From IMG/VR virus record IMGVR_UViG_3300028454_000679: DNA of 57,417 nt. One strand, written 5' to 3'. The notes beneath the pieces are model-generated. The model saw only the letters and a program-made list of their open reading frames with translations, did no database searches and was not told the origin of the DNA. Both the position numbers and the translations under genes were made by a program. Position 1 is the stretch's first letter. Each line of letters opens with the position of its first letter. Origin of the DNA: a virus (taxonomy: Duplodnaviria > Heunggongvirae > Uroviricota > Caudoviricetes). Below are positions 27,501-37,413 of this stretch, piece by piece.

Positions 27501-28773
27501 TGTTCTCATCAGTGTAAACCCAATCACCTATGTCACCTGAGTAAAGTAGGTCGCCCTGCACATTAACCATACAGAAATCAGTTCCCTCTTCAATACGCTC
27601 AATAAACTCATTGATACTGATAAGGGTGGCAGGTCCCATTGGATTACCTTCAGCATTCAGTTCTCTTGCGTAAAGAGGTTTCTTGTAATTCTTAGTCTTA
27701 TTGTAAAATGTCAGTACAGAGTTGCCAACTTCAGCGTTGTCAGCTAAAGAACCTAACGCCTGCGAGAATATGGTGTCACCAGTGTGTGAATGAAATGGGA
27801 CGTAAACTGCAGACGATGCGAAACACGCTAAGTAGAGTAAAGTAAGCTCAGGGTCTGGGGGTGTTGCAACCTTTCCAGTATCCACATCCTCTTTCACATT
27901 GGCGATATTCTCCAAGTAGGTCTTACCTCTGTCAAAGGTAAGGTTATTAGTTACACCTATCTCCATTTCATTAGCTTGACCCAATGAATACCACAAACTG
28001 TACTTTTCTCTAAATGTCTTGATTTCCTTAACCCACTTATCAATAACGCTTACATCAATGGATTTTGTGTTACCTTCAGTAGCTTTGATAAGGTCGGCAC
28101 AATCCTTTAAATCATCTAATTCATCCTCTAAATAGTTGTTTATCTTCCAGAGTTCTCCAGCGATATCCTTGTACTCAGAGAATTTCGGACTCTTATCATA
28201 ATCCTTCTCCGGTAAACGCTTGTAGTACTTCTCCATAGCGTTGAATACTTTCTCTTGGAACTTATCAATCGTCTTGTCTATATCATCCCAAAACTCTTTA
28301 TCATCAGGCTCTGCGGCAATCTTCCACTGTTTTGTATTCTCAGTACTTTCAGTTGATTCTAAAGGTACCTTAATAGACTTGTACTTAATAGCGTAAGTAG
28401 AGTCACTACTCTCATCATCGACCTGGTTCAGCTTGTCTAAAAGGTCTAAAAAGGTCACAGCGTTTACCCTATGCACAGTTGATGCTGTGTAAGGTTTCTT
28501 AGTCGTGCTGTAAAATCCATTAGCAACAAGCTCACTGTCAAGTCTAACCCACAAGCTGTACTCAAAAAGCTGTCTGACTAAATAAAGCTGTGCTTGTATA
28601 CCAGTTTCATCCTCGTGGTCCCTGAATCGCTCCTCCGCTTCCCGTAAATGATTGGAAATTGTTAATTCTTCTGATTCATTCACGAAAGCCTCTACAGGGA
28701 CAACCGGTACAGTAACAATTAAAAGTGCTGAGCACAAAATTGTACTCAGCACTCTCTTTAAACAATTCTTCAT
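24535..28773 (-). CDS. 1412 aa secreted/polytopic membrane protein (putative VirB6-like mating-channel component)
   Basis: Signal peptide, large extracellular domain, 2 central TMs, a second soluble domain and several C-terminal TMs. Confidence 0.7.
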   Translation of the reverse strand: MKNCLKRVLSTILCSALLIVTVPVVPVEAFVNESEELTISNHLREAEERFRDHEDETGIQAQLYLVRQLFEYSLWVRLDSELVANGFYSTTKKPYTASTVHRVNAVTFLDLLDKLNQVDDESSDSTYAIKYKSIKVPLESTESTENTKQWKIAAEPDDKEFWDDIDKTIDKFQEKVFNAMEKYYKRLPEKDYDKSPKFSEYKDIAGELWKINNYLEDELDDLKDCADLIKATEGNTKSIDVSVIDKWVKEIKTFREKYSLWYSLGQANEMEIGVTNNLTFDRGKTYLENIANVKEDVDTGKVATPPDPELTLLYLACFASSAVYVPFHSHTGDTIFSQALGSLADNAEVGNSVLTFYNKTKNYKKPLYARELNAEGNPMGPATLISINEFIERIEEGTDFCMVNVQGDLLYSGDIGDWVYTDENRDLSLTGDTDSSSSNEAPTVGSATNEEGSTDTTTDATTSTNPDPILDDEDSIDPKETLQVTNVITAEKRMNEPIFMSGTSYNRKVDNTTLAVMTNILHTLKDLSEVDNPNTEYLYMNMFGDIVDKDDLVILPAAANPLYYAQNTYYPFTSAFMNTYPNVLGGTNDFRVSGRNSVGKYIFMLHSDSVDTTSDAIQNFNQGKAPESVLAMKILSNQTLDTNSELDVSPMYNTFEYNEKDSFNILQAERHVLQGSDNWSEEGSELFCDTIISASNSLAYKKTVVFPYDSMEDTDYTIAKLIASGLYRYLAKEENNYKDLGRLNNNYIIHYVGISGFEGTSSVQSLLNSLSVSYDNFINNTADRMLSTAKKASNFIFEALSGTKSVLGINSFYEDPITGTVADYFLQYWMIVMLFVMGICAICILRYQEKLRSSLFMLLSTFVASLLLLVGLPVYGQFYYNLLSNDVANSFTSSMIGTEAETQIGESMEFGSLGSLTVYRYPIMKLRDTYEGYGVEITDASGGNVYPLDKESGFYLEGDCLKYDLSTLFSNITIRASKKSITTSLVIYREVDDNLDYYTPFVPIMECMTKKLNTFAKIYSIPRATTMYKTSQTRTQYLMYDYVNSDVFTKGKYKAELPLDTIGMTEDDKDAYLAVQKNLAKKLTKTFGTNEDWLGLTPLLTETVLEKGSNYQDTVWFQSMERKGIYKSTLDKTGNREYTYDAKELAKLIFYVNMHTRDFVYKLDTVMDSYSDDTIIKLTALKATQLFSQYLSQAGNYVYPVAYNNSEYRLGDVITNIFVSDYSEFKACEYNLVEYLGNKGVFTLVLADIAMVVIFLLSVVNRVVLLVGYYLFVIIVLIRMMTHKPLNETFVGFLKAAVICVLGSFVTVAVLFTMSTKGTITIKAVVLALVSLALLAIYLAVARAVLKDLGRFGNSRITLKGFRLSKNRTQHVKGEFEQVVSTPDVADDLQAYTAYKSDSSLEDIYKDSNKYN

Positions 28774-28782
28774 AGTTTACCA

Positions 28783-30294
28783 CTACTCTCTTGTCGTCCA
28801 TGGACGTGGGCTAGTCATACGCATATACTGGCTGTAGTCAGCCTTATTCATCTTAGATACATAGACATAGACATACTTGTTAATTCCAGCACCACTCTGC
28901 GTACCAGAAATAGCACCGTTGATAAGTTTACTTACACTAAACTTAATGCATCCACCAGCTGTACCCTCTATACGCTTATGTCCACCATCATCAAGACCGC
29001 CATATTGATCTGGATTGGAACTCTTGAATACTTCGACCTTATACGTACTAGCAATATCATCAGCATCAGCATTCGAGTCTGTCTTTCCTTTATCACCTGA
29101 TTCGACACTGGTAATTATGTCCTTGATACTATTTTTAACCTTACTGCCATAATTAGAGTCAATGTAAGCACCTAATGCAGACTTTGTAGCAGCATTACGG
29201 TTTCTTGGGTCTAGAGTGGAAATACAGTTTGCATAAACCTGACGCATAGCTGTCTGCGTTAAGTCACCTAACTTAGAACCATCAGCGTTATAATTAAACT
29301 TGTAGTTAGTTCCGCTGTTGAGGAAGTCATCAACTATTGCTGCAAGGTCGGTATCAATAACAGTCTCTATAGCCTGCCCCATACCGGATACGACAACACC
29401 GTAAGCACGTAAAAGTGCTCCATTGTAACCAATACTTGCGAAGAAGATAACTAAAACAATCTGTAAACTTCTATGAGCAAAATACTGTGACATAGTTGGG
29501 CGGTTAGTATCGAGCTTGTAGTAAGTTGCACCTTCTGCAGAGTAATCAGACAACTCCTTCACATTGATAACCTGCTTGAAAATAAATGACACAACAGTAT
29601 TTAGTCCTGAAGACGCTGCACTGATTGCTCTATTATTCCCAAATGAGGGTAATTGTGGTGCTTGAATAGAATCTACCTTATTCCAGAACACAGGTGCAGA
29701 AAGGTAAAGCATAGTAATCATAATTTGGAATACAGTAAAGCAGAGAATTGCAAGGCAAACGTATGAGATAAGGTATCCCATAAATTTACCTACAATACTT
29801 GCAGAACTCAATGCCTTTGCAGAACCTTGGAATCCAGCTGTTTCAAAGATATGAGTTAATTGATCGCCTTCACCAAAACTGGTCTCTGTTGCAACAACTC
29901 GTGTACCAGAGTCAGCATCGCCAGCTCCTACGCTGTTAGAAACAAACTCATGATTCTTATTAACTGTACCAAAGTCAAACTCACAATCACTAGCGTTCGC
30001 AGAGCCACCCTTAGTACACTTTGCTACTGCTGTACCAGCCTTCTTCACCTTAGTTAGCTTCGCTACATGTGTACAATCTAATGAAGAGACTGTACTACCA
30101 AAATAATACTTACCCTTCTGAAATACTGTAGCAGTAGCACCAGAACCATTATCCTCGGTAGGCGTAGTATTCTCAGTATTCTCGGTAGGCGTAGTATTCG
30201 CGGCTTTTACTGTTACTGCAAATGGGATAAACAGTTGTAATGCGAGAAGTAATACAAACACTCTAGCGTACATTTTAAACTTTTTATGTTTCAT
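28783..30294 (-). CDS. membrane protein with signal peptide (transfer locus)
   Basis: Signal peptide, NTTPTE duplication, 2-3 central TMs. Confidence 0.75.
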   Translation of the reverse strand: MKHKKFKMYARVFVLLLALQLFIPFAVTVKAANTTPTENTENTTPTEDNGSGATATVFQKGKYYFGSTVSSLDCTHVAKLTKVKKAGTAVAKCTKGGSANASDCEFDFGTVNKNHEFVSNSVGAGDADSGTRVVATETSFGEGDQLTHIFETAGFQGSAKALSSASIVGKFMGYLISYVCLAILCFTVFQIMITMLYLSAPVFWNKVDSIQAPQLPSFGNNRAISAASSGLNTVVSFIFKQVINVKELSDYSAEGATYYKLDTNRPTMSQYFAHRSLQIVLVIFFASIGYNGALLRAYGVVVSGMGQAIETVIDTDLAAIVDDFLNSGTNYKFNYNADGSKLGDLTQTAMRQVYANCISTLDPRNRNAATKSALGAYIDSNYGSKVKNSIKDIITSVESGDKGKTDSNADADDIASTYKVEVFKSSNPDQYGGLDDGGHKRIEGTAGGCIKFSVSKLINGAISGTQSGAGINKYVYVYVSKMNKADYSQYMRMTSPRPWTTRE

Positions 30295-30302
30295 TAGTCC
30301 TC

Positions 30303-33300
30303 CTATAATGCATAAATGATAATGGCATCGAAGAATGCGAAAATAAGAGTTACAGCTAGTGCTCTGTTGTAGCTAATATCCCTCTTCAAATCCAAGATAC
30401 CAAAAGTTGAAAGTTTCAATAAATCTATCTTACCCGTTTCCTCATGATAGAAAAGCTTAAAGAATTTCTTTACATCACGAATACGAGTAATCCAGACTAC
30501 AAATACAAGATACATCGAGTAGTAAACAATCGTGTATTTCAGGTACCAGAACCATGAATGCATTTTTGTATCGGTGTAAAGGTCCTGGAAAATAAGCTTC
30601 GCTGTGTCTACATTGTCAGCAAAGTTAAACTTATTTGGGAGCAGGGTCAACTTAATATTGTCATCGTTCCTAAAGTCAAGATCCATATTGTAGATACTCA
30701 GAGCATTACCGCCCATGATATAATCATTGTGCAGTAAAAGTGCCCACTCCTTATTATCTGTGGTCAAAGGGCGTGCGTACAGACAATTCTTCTCGTTAGT
30801 AGACTTGAACTTGAATTTTATAGAAAAGTATTTAGCTCTTGGCTTATCCTTACTACTCTTTGTGTAAGTCTTCTCCTCTTTAGTACTGCCTGCTTTCACC
30901 CTAACATCCTGTACAGTATTCTGTCCAGCGTTAACAAGCAAAGTTCCATTAACGCTGTTCTCTAATGGAACCTCATTGAGAGCAGAAATGGCTACAGTGT
31001 CAGGATCCACATAGTTATACAATGGGTAAACAAGACCTTCAGCTGTAATATACATACCACCAAAAAGCTTGGTTAATACAGTCTTTACCTTGCCAGCCTT
31101 TAGCTTACTAACAAGTGATTTACCTGCCCTATCCTTGATTGGGTATGAAACCCACTCCCCATGGTTGTTTATAAACTTAAGGTCTCCTATGGTCAGTCGA
31201 TACCCTGTTTTGAAGGCACTTACATCAGAGACAGCCTCTTGTTTATAAAGCATGGAGTCAATAACACGCTGAATAACTGAGTAGGTATAAACAGACTGCT
31301 TACAGCGGTCTGCACCCTTAAATGGTCCAGTGATAACATGAGTATAGTTACCTTCTGGTGTTGAGCAAGCACACTCATAGTCGTCCCCGTTATCCACCGT
31401 CTTATTAGGCTTCATCTGAAGGTAATCCTTGAGAACGTAAATACGTGGGATAAGTGTAACTGTCACAGGCTCCTTGCCCTCATCCTCGTCACCAATAATC
31501 TCATTGATAACATCAGTATTCGCTGTAACATCCTCCAACTTGTCAACACGTCCATTTGAAAAATCGCCTTCAAAGACACGTCCACCACAGTAGAAATACT
31601 TCTTACCGTTGAATGCAGACTTAAAATGCACAAGTGTTCGGAACTGTTTAGTTTCCGTAACGTAGCCTGTGATAATCTCGTTAGGGTCAGCGGTGTTTAT
31701 GCAAACTGAATCATACCGAGAAACAGTAACATCGTTAACCTTCTTTTGGTCAGTATGTCCATCTAAACCATCACAAAGAAGAATCTTCTTTAAAGAATCC
31801 ATAGCAGGTTCTTTATAGTTAGCTATCATACCCTTAGTTCCACTCTTGGTGCCGTAAACACCTGCTTCTATAACAGCCTTACCCATTGACTTATTACAAC
31901 CGTCACCGACATACTTGGTTGGGACAATAGCACCTCGAAGTGTCACTGATTCACCCCTGTCGTTAACATGGGAAACATCCATACGTGTCAATGTACTTTG
32001 GTAAACTTTGTTGTAAGCAGTACCCACGTCCAGATGAGGCACAAGTGCTCTGTACACCGCCCGCAACTTAGTACCTTTGTATGTTTTACCATCCTTGACA
32101 AGGGGCTCATTCTTGTATGGCTCTGTTATACCTGTTGGTAAAGAGCTGAAAGCAAACTTCTGATACTTACCCTCATGGCTCTCTACTTTATCAGCATCCT
32201 TCTGCTCCTTAGACATACTGTGTCTGCATGTAATACCAGTAACAGCAACTGTGTATGGTGATTCACTGGCTGTTAACCAATCCACATCGAAAGTTGACTC
32301 AGTTCTCGTCTTTACAAGTAAAGAAATCTTGTTACCAGTTTTCTTCTGTGGTTCTATAATAGGCTTATTTAAAAGACTATAGTTATCACAGTAGAATGTA
32401 CAATCCTGTGTCCACCTATAAAGCTTACCAGTAGACGACATAATAATCCTTGGTTTGCCATACTTGTAAAATGCTTTACCTTCAGTAGCATCCCAAGTCT
32501 TATCACTGTAGTAGAGGAAGCCATCAGAGCTGTCCCCACCATTGTCATTATACCTTGATGCATAGTAAACATGGAACTGGTACGTACCCTCAACATACTC
32601 ACTAGCATCAGTAGAGTCCAGGCCAGCATCCTTTACTTCCTTCTCAAAGTCCAAACCGTGGAACAATGTCTCCCACCAGTTATCTATATCATCTACGCCA
32701 AGAACAAGATCCTTTGTTGCAAGATTTAGAAGCTTATCACAAATACTTCGACGACCCTCTGAGGTTTTAGCCTTCTCTCCATAATGAAGATTCCATTTGT
32801 ATGCTAGACTATGATCACCTTGACCAACCTGATATCGCTTTACAGTCTTTCTGATTGCAGGTTCAGTATCACTGCCACCGTACGTAATCTCTACGTCATC
32901 CTTCCAATCAGATGGTTCTTTCCACCCTGGAACATCAAAAATACTCTCAGTTTGATGATCAGGCATAAGAACAGTCAAGTGTGGTACAACATAACCCGAC
33001 GGCACATAAACAACATCCTTAGTTTCAAATAAGAAGTTTAGTAAAGCGTTAGTTGTCTTGAAATTATAGTTCCACCAAAGGTATGCTAAGGTTCCCTCCT
33101 TGGGTGGGGTGAACAGTAAATCCTGATACTCCTGATAAGTACTAGGCCATGCTGTAGAACCCTTAGCATTTTTAGTACCCATGTCCATATAAAAATCTGT
33201 GCTCTCTGAGAAGTTAGGGAATGAGTAAACAAGGTCGAGAACAAGCTTAACGTCAATAGGCTTCGAATCTTTCTGCTCTAGACCCGAACCATCGTCCCCT

Positions 33301-35870
33301 TTTGGAGAGTAGTCAACTGTTATAGTCTTCACAACAGTGTTGATACCATTCACAATACTGTCAATATCGTAAAAAACTTTCTTAGTACTTGTAACCTTCT
33401 TAGTTACCCCTAGCTCATCAGATTTCTTAATACAATCAGGATTTCGTTGAATACAGAAAGCCTTGTTATTGTAAATACCTGATTCCAATTCAAAAGAGAC
33501 TGGTAATTCAACATCCTTACTCCCTCTCAAATTAACAATAGCCTTTTGTATACTATCAGCACCATTTATACCCAAATCCTTCAATGCTGCTGAGCCAGAT
33601 AGCAAGTGTAAAATAACATCGAGATTATAGTAAACCTCGTCATTATTCGAGTACACAATAACATCCGATTGAGTAAATACAGTGTTACCAACAAGTGCGT
33701 AGTTGTATGATGGGTCGTCAACAAACAAAGCCTGTACACCAGTCTTCTTGTTAACGAGAACCTTATCCCTAATAACCGCAATATCTTTCAGATTACGCAA
33801 AGCCTTTTGTGAGATAACAGTATTCAGAACACCGCCTGCACCAGACTTACCCTTAACAGTTGAGAATCCGGTAACGACTGCCTTACTATCACCAAAGAAT
33901 CCAAATCGTGAAGTAACATAATCCAAAGCAGAAGTCGCAGCTACGGCCTTTACCTCGAATTTGAGTTTCAATAATTTGTATTCCTTTCCATTAACCTTTG
34001 CATCTTCTTTCTTACACTTGATTTTGGTTATATTGGAGTTCTCAGATTTAGATGATGAGCCTGTTACAGCTTTTGTAAATTCATCCTTAAGCTTGCCATC
34101 CTCAAGAGCTGCATCAAAGTCATTAAACTTCTGTGTGTCAAAAACGTAAATCCTATTGTCAGCAGCTTTAAACGTATAATAGTTCTTAGTCCGCTTCAGA
34201 CTACCCGAAGAAGTCTTGTACTGATAGTCAATCCATTTGATAACATAGTAAGTCTTTAAACTGTCGTTAGACTTCTTTTTAGCTGCATGTGCTCTCAGAG
34301 TAAACTTATCGAAGAACAGCGGTAAAGCGCCCCTACGGTTGATAGATGCAGTACTAGAGCCATCATCATCACCATCAGAGCTATCATCAGGTTCTTCCTC
34401 ATCAAACTCTAAATCATTTGCAGTCTTTTTAGACTGGGTAACCTTTATAGCAGTCAGAGGCTCTACCTCAGTATTAAAAATCTGTGTAGCAGTCTCGCTG
34501 TAACCCTTATTCTGAAACTCCTTTTCAGTATCGGTCAAAGTGACCTCAGAGAAGTTGAATCTGGCTTTCTCATTTGCAATACGATAAATCAATTCATACA
34601 TCTGTCCATTTGTTAAGTATCCTTCAAGACAGAATTCAGACCTTGTGCTATCGTACGGGATAATTCCCTTTGCAACAGCATAGTAAACAACTCTCTTAAA
34701 TTTCTCCGGAACACGATAGAATCTTGTAAGACCATACTTAAAGGCTACAATGGAAGACTCTGTATCAGACATAGCCTTATCAGTTTGTGACAAATAATTG
34801 TAAATATAACTTAGTGCTTCGTAAACGGTTAACTGATTCGGCAGGTCACTATGCTCTCCAGAATCTTTGTTTATATCAGAGTAATTTCTAAAATACGTAG
34901 GCTCCTCTGGTTTGATACCCTCAGAGAGGTTTCTGCCCGTAAAAGAGTGTCCTAAGGTGCTTGTATATGTAGAAACATTCTTGCTCTTGCTCCACTTTGC
35001 ATCAACATCATCACTCTTCTTACCATCACTCTTCTTGTCATCACTCTTCTTACCATTATACTCTTCCACGAAGAGTGCACCATCACCACTAGAAGGGAAA
35101 TCATCTTTCGAGATTATACCAGCGTCAATCATTTCTGATAGGTAAAGTTCCCAGACATTAGAAGTAACGTAGCCAACGTAGTCACCAACAAACTCTGCAT
35201 CAATACCAGTACCCCAGTAATCAGTTCCATCATCAGCTTGTGTGCTCCAAGAGGTTTGTGGGGTTTGTAAAGTGTATCTACCTGGAGTACCATTAGCTGG
35301 ATGCCCCATAACACCTTTTGTGTAAAGAACATTGGATTGAATTGGTCCATTCTTTGCCTTATATAACAAAGAAAGGAATACGGTTCTGTTAGCAAGCTTC
35401 ATATCACCCAAGTACCCAGCATCAGCTAAAGACACGGAGAGCTTAGGACTTCCGGTATGTACTGTTACATTTACAGGTCGCTCCAAAACATTGTGTTTAA
35501 TAAGCCATGACTTGTATGTTGTACTATCCTCGTAAACTTCCTCGTAGCACCCTTTGGGCTCTGTAAGACTAAACAGATTGCGTGTATAGCTGGTTGGCTT
35601 TACAACAGAACTTTCATCCTTATCCAAATTCCTAAACCCTTTTGCATTAGTCTTAACAATATCATAGACCTTATCATACTCGTCAGGGGACAACTTGTAA
35701 TCACACAGGGCATCCCAGTTATTCACAAGCTGAAACTGCCGAGTCTTATAAATAGTTCTGGCTTGTACCTCATGCGGACTAAAACCTATTGCTGTTAGTA
35801 CAATCAATAAGCAATACACTAAATAGTGATAGGCTTTACGGTGTATAGAGCTGGTAAATCCTTCATACAT
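30303..35870 (-). CDS. 1855 aa cell-surface protein (SLH-like and Cu-amine-oxidase-N-like segments, C-terminal TM anchor)
   Basis: Signal peptide; YYAVAKGII...GYLTNGQMYELIYR and LTVYEALSYIY resemble SLH repeats; YALVGNTV..IVYSNNDEVYYNLD resembles Cu_amine_oxidN; two C-terminal TMs. Confidence 0.75.
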   Translation of the reverse strand: MYEGFTSSIHRKAYHYLVYCLLIVLTAIGFSPHEVQARTIYKTRQFQLVNNWDALCDYKLSPDEYDKVYDIVKTNAKGFRNLDKDESSVVKPTSYTRNLFSLTEPKGCYEEVYEDSTTYKSWLIKHNVLERPVNVTVHTGSPKLSVSLADAGYLGDMKLANRTVFLSLLYKAKNGPIQSNVLYTKGVMGHPANGTPGRYTLQTPQTSWSTQADDGTDYWGTGIDAEFVGDYVGYVTSNVWELYLSEMIDAGIISKDDFPSSGDGALFVEEYNGKKSDDKKSDGKKSDDVDAKWSKSKNVSTYTSTLGHSFTGRNLSEGIKPEEPTYFRNYSDINKDSGEHSDLPNQLTVYEALSYIYNYLSQTDKAMSDTESSIVAFKYGLTRFYRVPEKFKRVVYYAVAKGIIPYDSTRSEFCLEGYLTNGQMYELIYRIANEKARFNFSEVTLTDTEKEFQNKGYSETATQIFNTEVEPLTAIKVTQSKKTANDLEFDEEEPDDSSDGDDDGSSTASINRRGALPLFFDKFTLRAHAAKKKSNDSLKTYYVIKWIDYQYKTSSGSLKRTKNYYTFKAADNRIYVFDTQKFNDFDAALEDGKLKDEFTKAVTGSSSKSENSNITKIKCKKEDAKVNGKEYKLLKLKFEVKAVAATSALDYVTSRFGFFGDSKAVVTGFSTVKGKSGAGGVLNTVISQKALRNLKDIAVIRDKVLVNKKTGVQALFVDDPSYNYALVGNTVFTQSDVIVYSNNDEVYYNLDVILHLLSGSAALKDLGINGADSIQKAIVNLRGSKDVELPVSFELESGIYNNKAFCIQRNPDCIKKSDELGVTKKVTSTKKVFYDIDSIVNGINTVVKTITVDYSPKGDDGSGLEQKDSKPIDVKLVLDLVYSFPNFSESTDFYMDMGTKNAKGSTAWPSTYQEYQDLLFTPPKEGTLAYLWWNYNFKTTNALLNFLFETKDVVYVPSGYVVPHLTVLMPDHQTESIFDVPGWKEPSDWKDDVEITYGGSDTEPAIRKTVKRYQVGQGDHSLAYKWNLHYGEKAKTSEGRRSICDKLLNLATKDLVLGVDDIDNWWETLFHGLDFEKEVKDAGLDSTDASEYVEGTYQFHVYYASRYNDNGGDSSDGFLYYSDKTWDATEGKAFYKYGKPRIIMSSTGKLYRWTQDCTFYCDNYSLLNKPIIEPQKKTGNKISLLVKTRTESTFDVDWLTASESPYTVAVTGITCRHSMSKEQKDADKVESHEGKYQKFAFSSLPTGITEPYKNEPLVKDGKTYKGTKLRAVYRALVPHLDVGTAYNKVYQSTLTRMDVSHVNDRGESVTLRGAIVPTKYVGDGCNKSMGKAVIEAGVYGTKSGTKGMIANYKEPAMDSLKKILLCDGLDGHTDQKKVNDVTVSRYDSVCINTADPNEIITGYVTETKQFRTLVHFKSAFNGKKYFYCGGRVFEGDFSNGRVDKLEDVTANTDVINEIIGDEDEGKEPVTVTLIPRIYVLKDYLQMKPNKTVDNGDDYECACSTPEGNYTHVITGPFKGADRCKQSVYTYSVIQRVIDSMLYKQEAVSDVSAFKTGYRLTIGDLKFINNHGEWVSYPIKDRAGKSLVSKLKAGKVKTVLTKLFGGMYITAEGLVYPLYNYVDPDTVAISALNEVPLENSVNGTLLVNAGQNTVQDVRVKAGSTKEEKTYTKSSKDKPRAKYFSIKFKFKSTNEKNCLYARPLTTDNKEWALLLHNDYIMGGNALSIYNMDLDFRNDDNIKLTLLPNKFNFADNVDTAKLIFQDLYTDTKMHSWFWYLKYTIVYYSMYLVFVVWITRIRDVKKFFKLFYHEETGKIDLLKLSTFGILDLKRDISYNRALAVTLIFAFFDAIIIYAL

Positions 35871-36250
35871 CTTCGTAAGTCATCATCCTCCTTTACTCTC
35901 TCAACAACATAAGTCGGAAATGAATTTGTGCTGATAAGACGCTCCATACTAGGAATGTACTCTGCTGAGATAGCAAAGGTAATCTCAACACACCTATCAT
36001 TAAATTTCTTCAAAGTCACATTATTGAGAATCTCTTGTTGTACGCTTGCATTAACTAAGTCCCTGACAAGCATATCCTTTGTTGCCTCTTCCTTGCGCTT
36101 AGTCTCTTCATACTCAATAATTCTTTGCCTGTAAGAATCACTGGCATGTATTCTACTCACAATAGCAGTATAGAGTTTATCGAAAGGCTTAAGCTTATTG
36201 AGGTCAACAGGATAGTCGACATTAATCTCTTTTCTTATTAAAGCTTTCAT
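35819..36250 (-). CDS. hypothetical protein
   Basis: 143 aa; ATGA-coupled to dnaX. Confidence 0.7.
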   Translation of the reverse strand: MKALIRKEINVDYPVDLNKLKPFDKLYTAIVSRIHASDSYRQRIIEYEETKRKEEATKDMLVRDLVNASVQQEILNNVTLKKFNDRCVEITFAISAEYIPSMERLISTNSFPTYVVERVKEDDDLRRCMKDLPALYTVKPITI

Positions 36251-37332
36251 ACATTAAACACAGCGCTCTTCTTAACCGCGCCATACCTTTCTAAAATAAA
36301 ATGTAATTTGACTAACTTAAACTTGAGTGACTCCTCTGAAATATCCAGAGGTATAGAATCTACAAATTGAAGTAAATCTAATATAGGGACGTCAGACAAA
36401 AGGTCCTTCAAAGTGTCAACATGCTGCTTCAAAAGAACCTCAGACTTCAAGCCAGCCTCTACAAATGTGTACTCAATAAGTAAATCCTTGAATGCGTTAA
36501 TAAAACTGTAAGTATCACTTTTGCTCAAGACATTGTCTATTACAAATCTATAAGAACTTATATCCTGTAAACATGCTGAACTTAGTAAATCTATAATATC
36601 GTACACTTCACATGGATTAACATAGGTCTGAACTTCATCATCTGACATACCTGCATTCTTAAAGAATCTCAAACTTTTCTCCATATCTCTAGGAATTCCA
36701 GCAGACCTTTGGATAATACTATTCATAGTAATACTGTTGTAATGAATACCATATCGTTGTGCGATAGCAATAGCACACTTATACATATCCATAGCATTCA
36801 GTCGTTTAAAGTCGAAGATAATTGCTCTGCTTCTTAACTCCTCTAGAATATCCCTCTTACGCGTAGTGCACATAATGATAAAGACACCCTCTGGTAGACG
36901 GTCGATACGCTCAAGCATAGAAGTAAAAGCATTGTTCACATTCTTTAAAGTATGTGCTTCTTCAAGAATAAAGACATGAGTGTTAGACTTCTTTGTTTCA
37001 AACACAAGCTTAAGCATATTGTTAACATCCTCGTATGTCTTTATCTCAGCACAGTTCAGCACAGATACTGTCTGTGAGTGACCCTGAGTAGGTAATAGTA
37101 AATGATTGTTACTACATGATGAGCAATTACACTGTGTAACATCACCTCTAAAAACAACATCGTTATTCTCACAGGTAAGTGCTATAGCTGCTGCATGAGC
37201 CGCTGAAGTTTTACCAACTCCCATCACTCCTGCAAAAATTGAAAATTTCGGGAACCCACCGTTCCTTATTGCCTTTAAAATGACCTCAATGGTCATAGAA
37301 TTGCCAAAAATCTCAGAAAAACTCTCAATCAT
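36247..37332 (-). CDS. dnaX: DNA polymerase III gamma/tau-like clamp loader ATPase
   Basis: AGVMGVGKTS, ALTC...CNCSSC Zn module, ILEEAH, LRSRA (SRC motif), G.PRD; ends VKKSAVFNV. Confidence 0.88.
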   Translation of the reverse strand: MIESFSEIFGNSMTIEVILKAIRNGGFPKFSIFAGVMGVGKTSAAHAAAIALTCENNDVVFRGDVTQCNCSSCSNNHLLLPTQGHSQTVSVLNCAEIKTYEDVNNMLKLVFETKKSNTHVFILEEAHTLKNVNNAFTSMLERIDRLPEGVFIIMCTTRKRDILEELRSRAIIFDFKRLNAMDMYKCAIAIAQRYGIHYNSITMNSIIQRSAGIPRDMEKSLRFFKNAGMSDDEVQTYVNPCEVYDIIDLLSSACLQDISSYRFVIDNVLSKSDTYSFINAFKDLLIEYTFVEAGLKSEVLLKQHVDTLKDLLSDVPILDLLQFVDSIPLDISEESLKFKLVKLHFILERYGAVKKSAVFNV

Positions 37333-37363
37333 GTGGTAACCTCCAAAATTCTACTATAACCCC

Positions 37364-37396
37364 AAAAAGGGAGAGGTCTAAAAATTAACCTCTCCC
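37364..37396 (-). terminator. Rho-independent terminator
   Basis: Minus strand GGGAGAGGT-loop-ACCTCTCCC-TTTTT. Confidence 0.8.
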
Positions 37397-37413
37397 AAAG
37401 GGGCAAAAACAAC

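Noticed and set aside
30150-30200. Short duplication encoding NTTPTE-NTE-NTTPTE
   Set aside because: Ordinary low-complexity linker slippage after a signal peptide.
7942-36276. The S-x-V-F motif as a DNA-level repeat or recombination site
   Set aside because: The underlying nucleotides differ at synonymous positions and use both Ser codon families, so the similarity is only at protein level.
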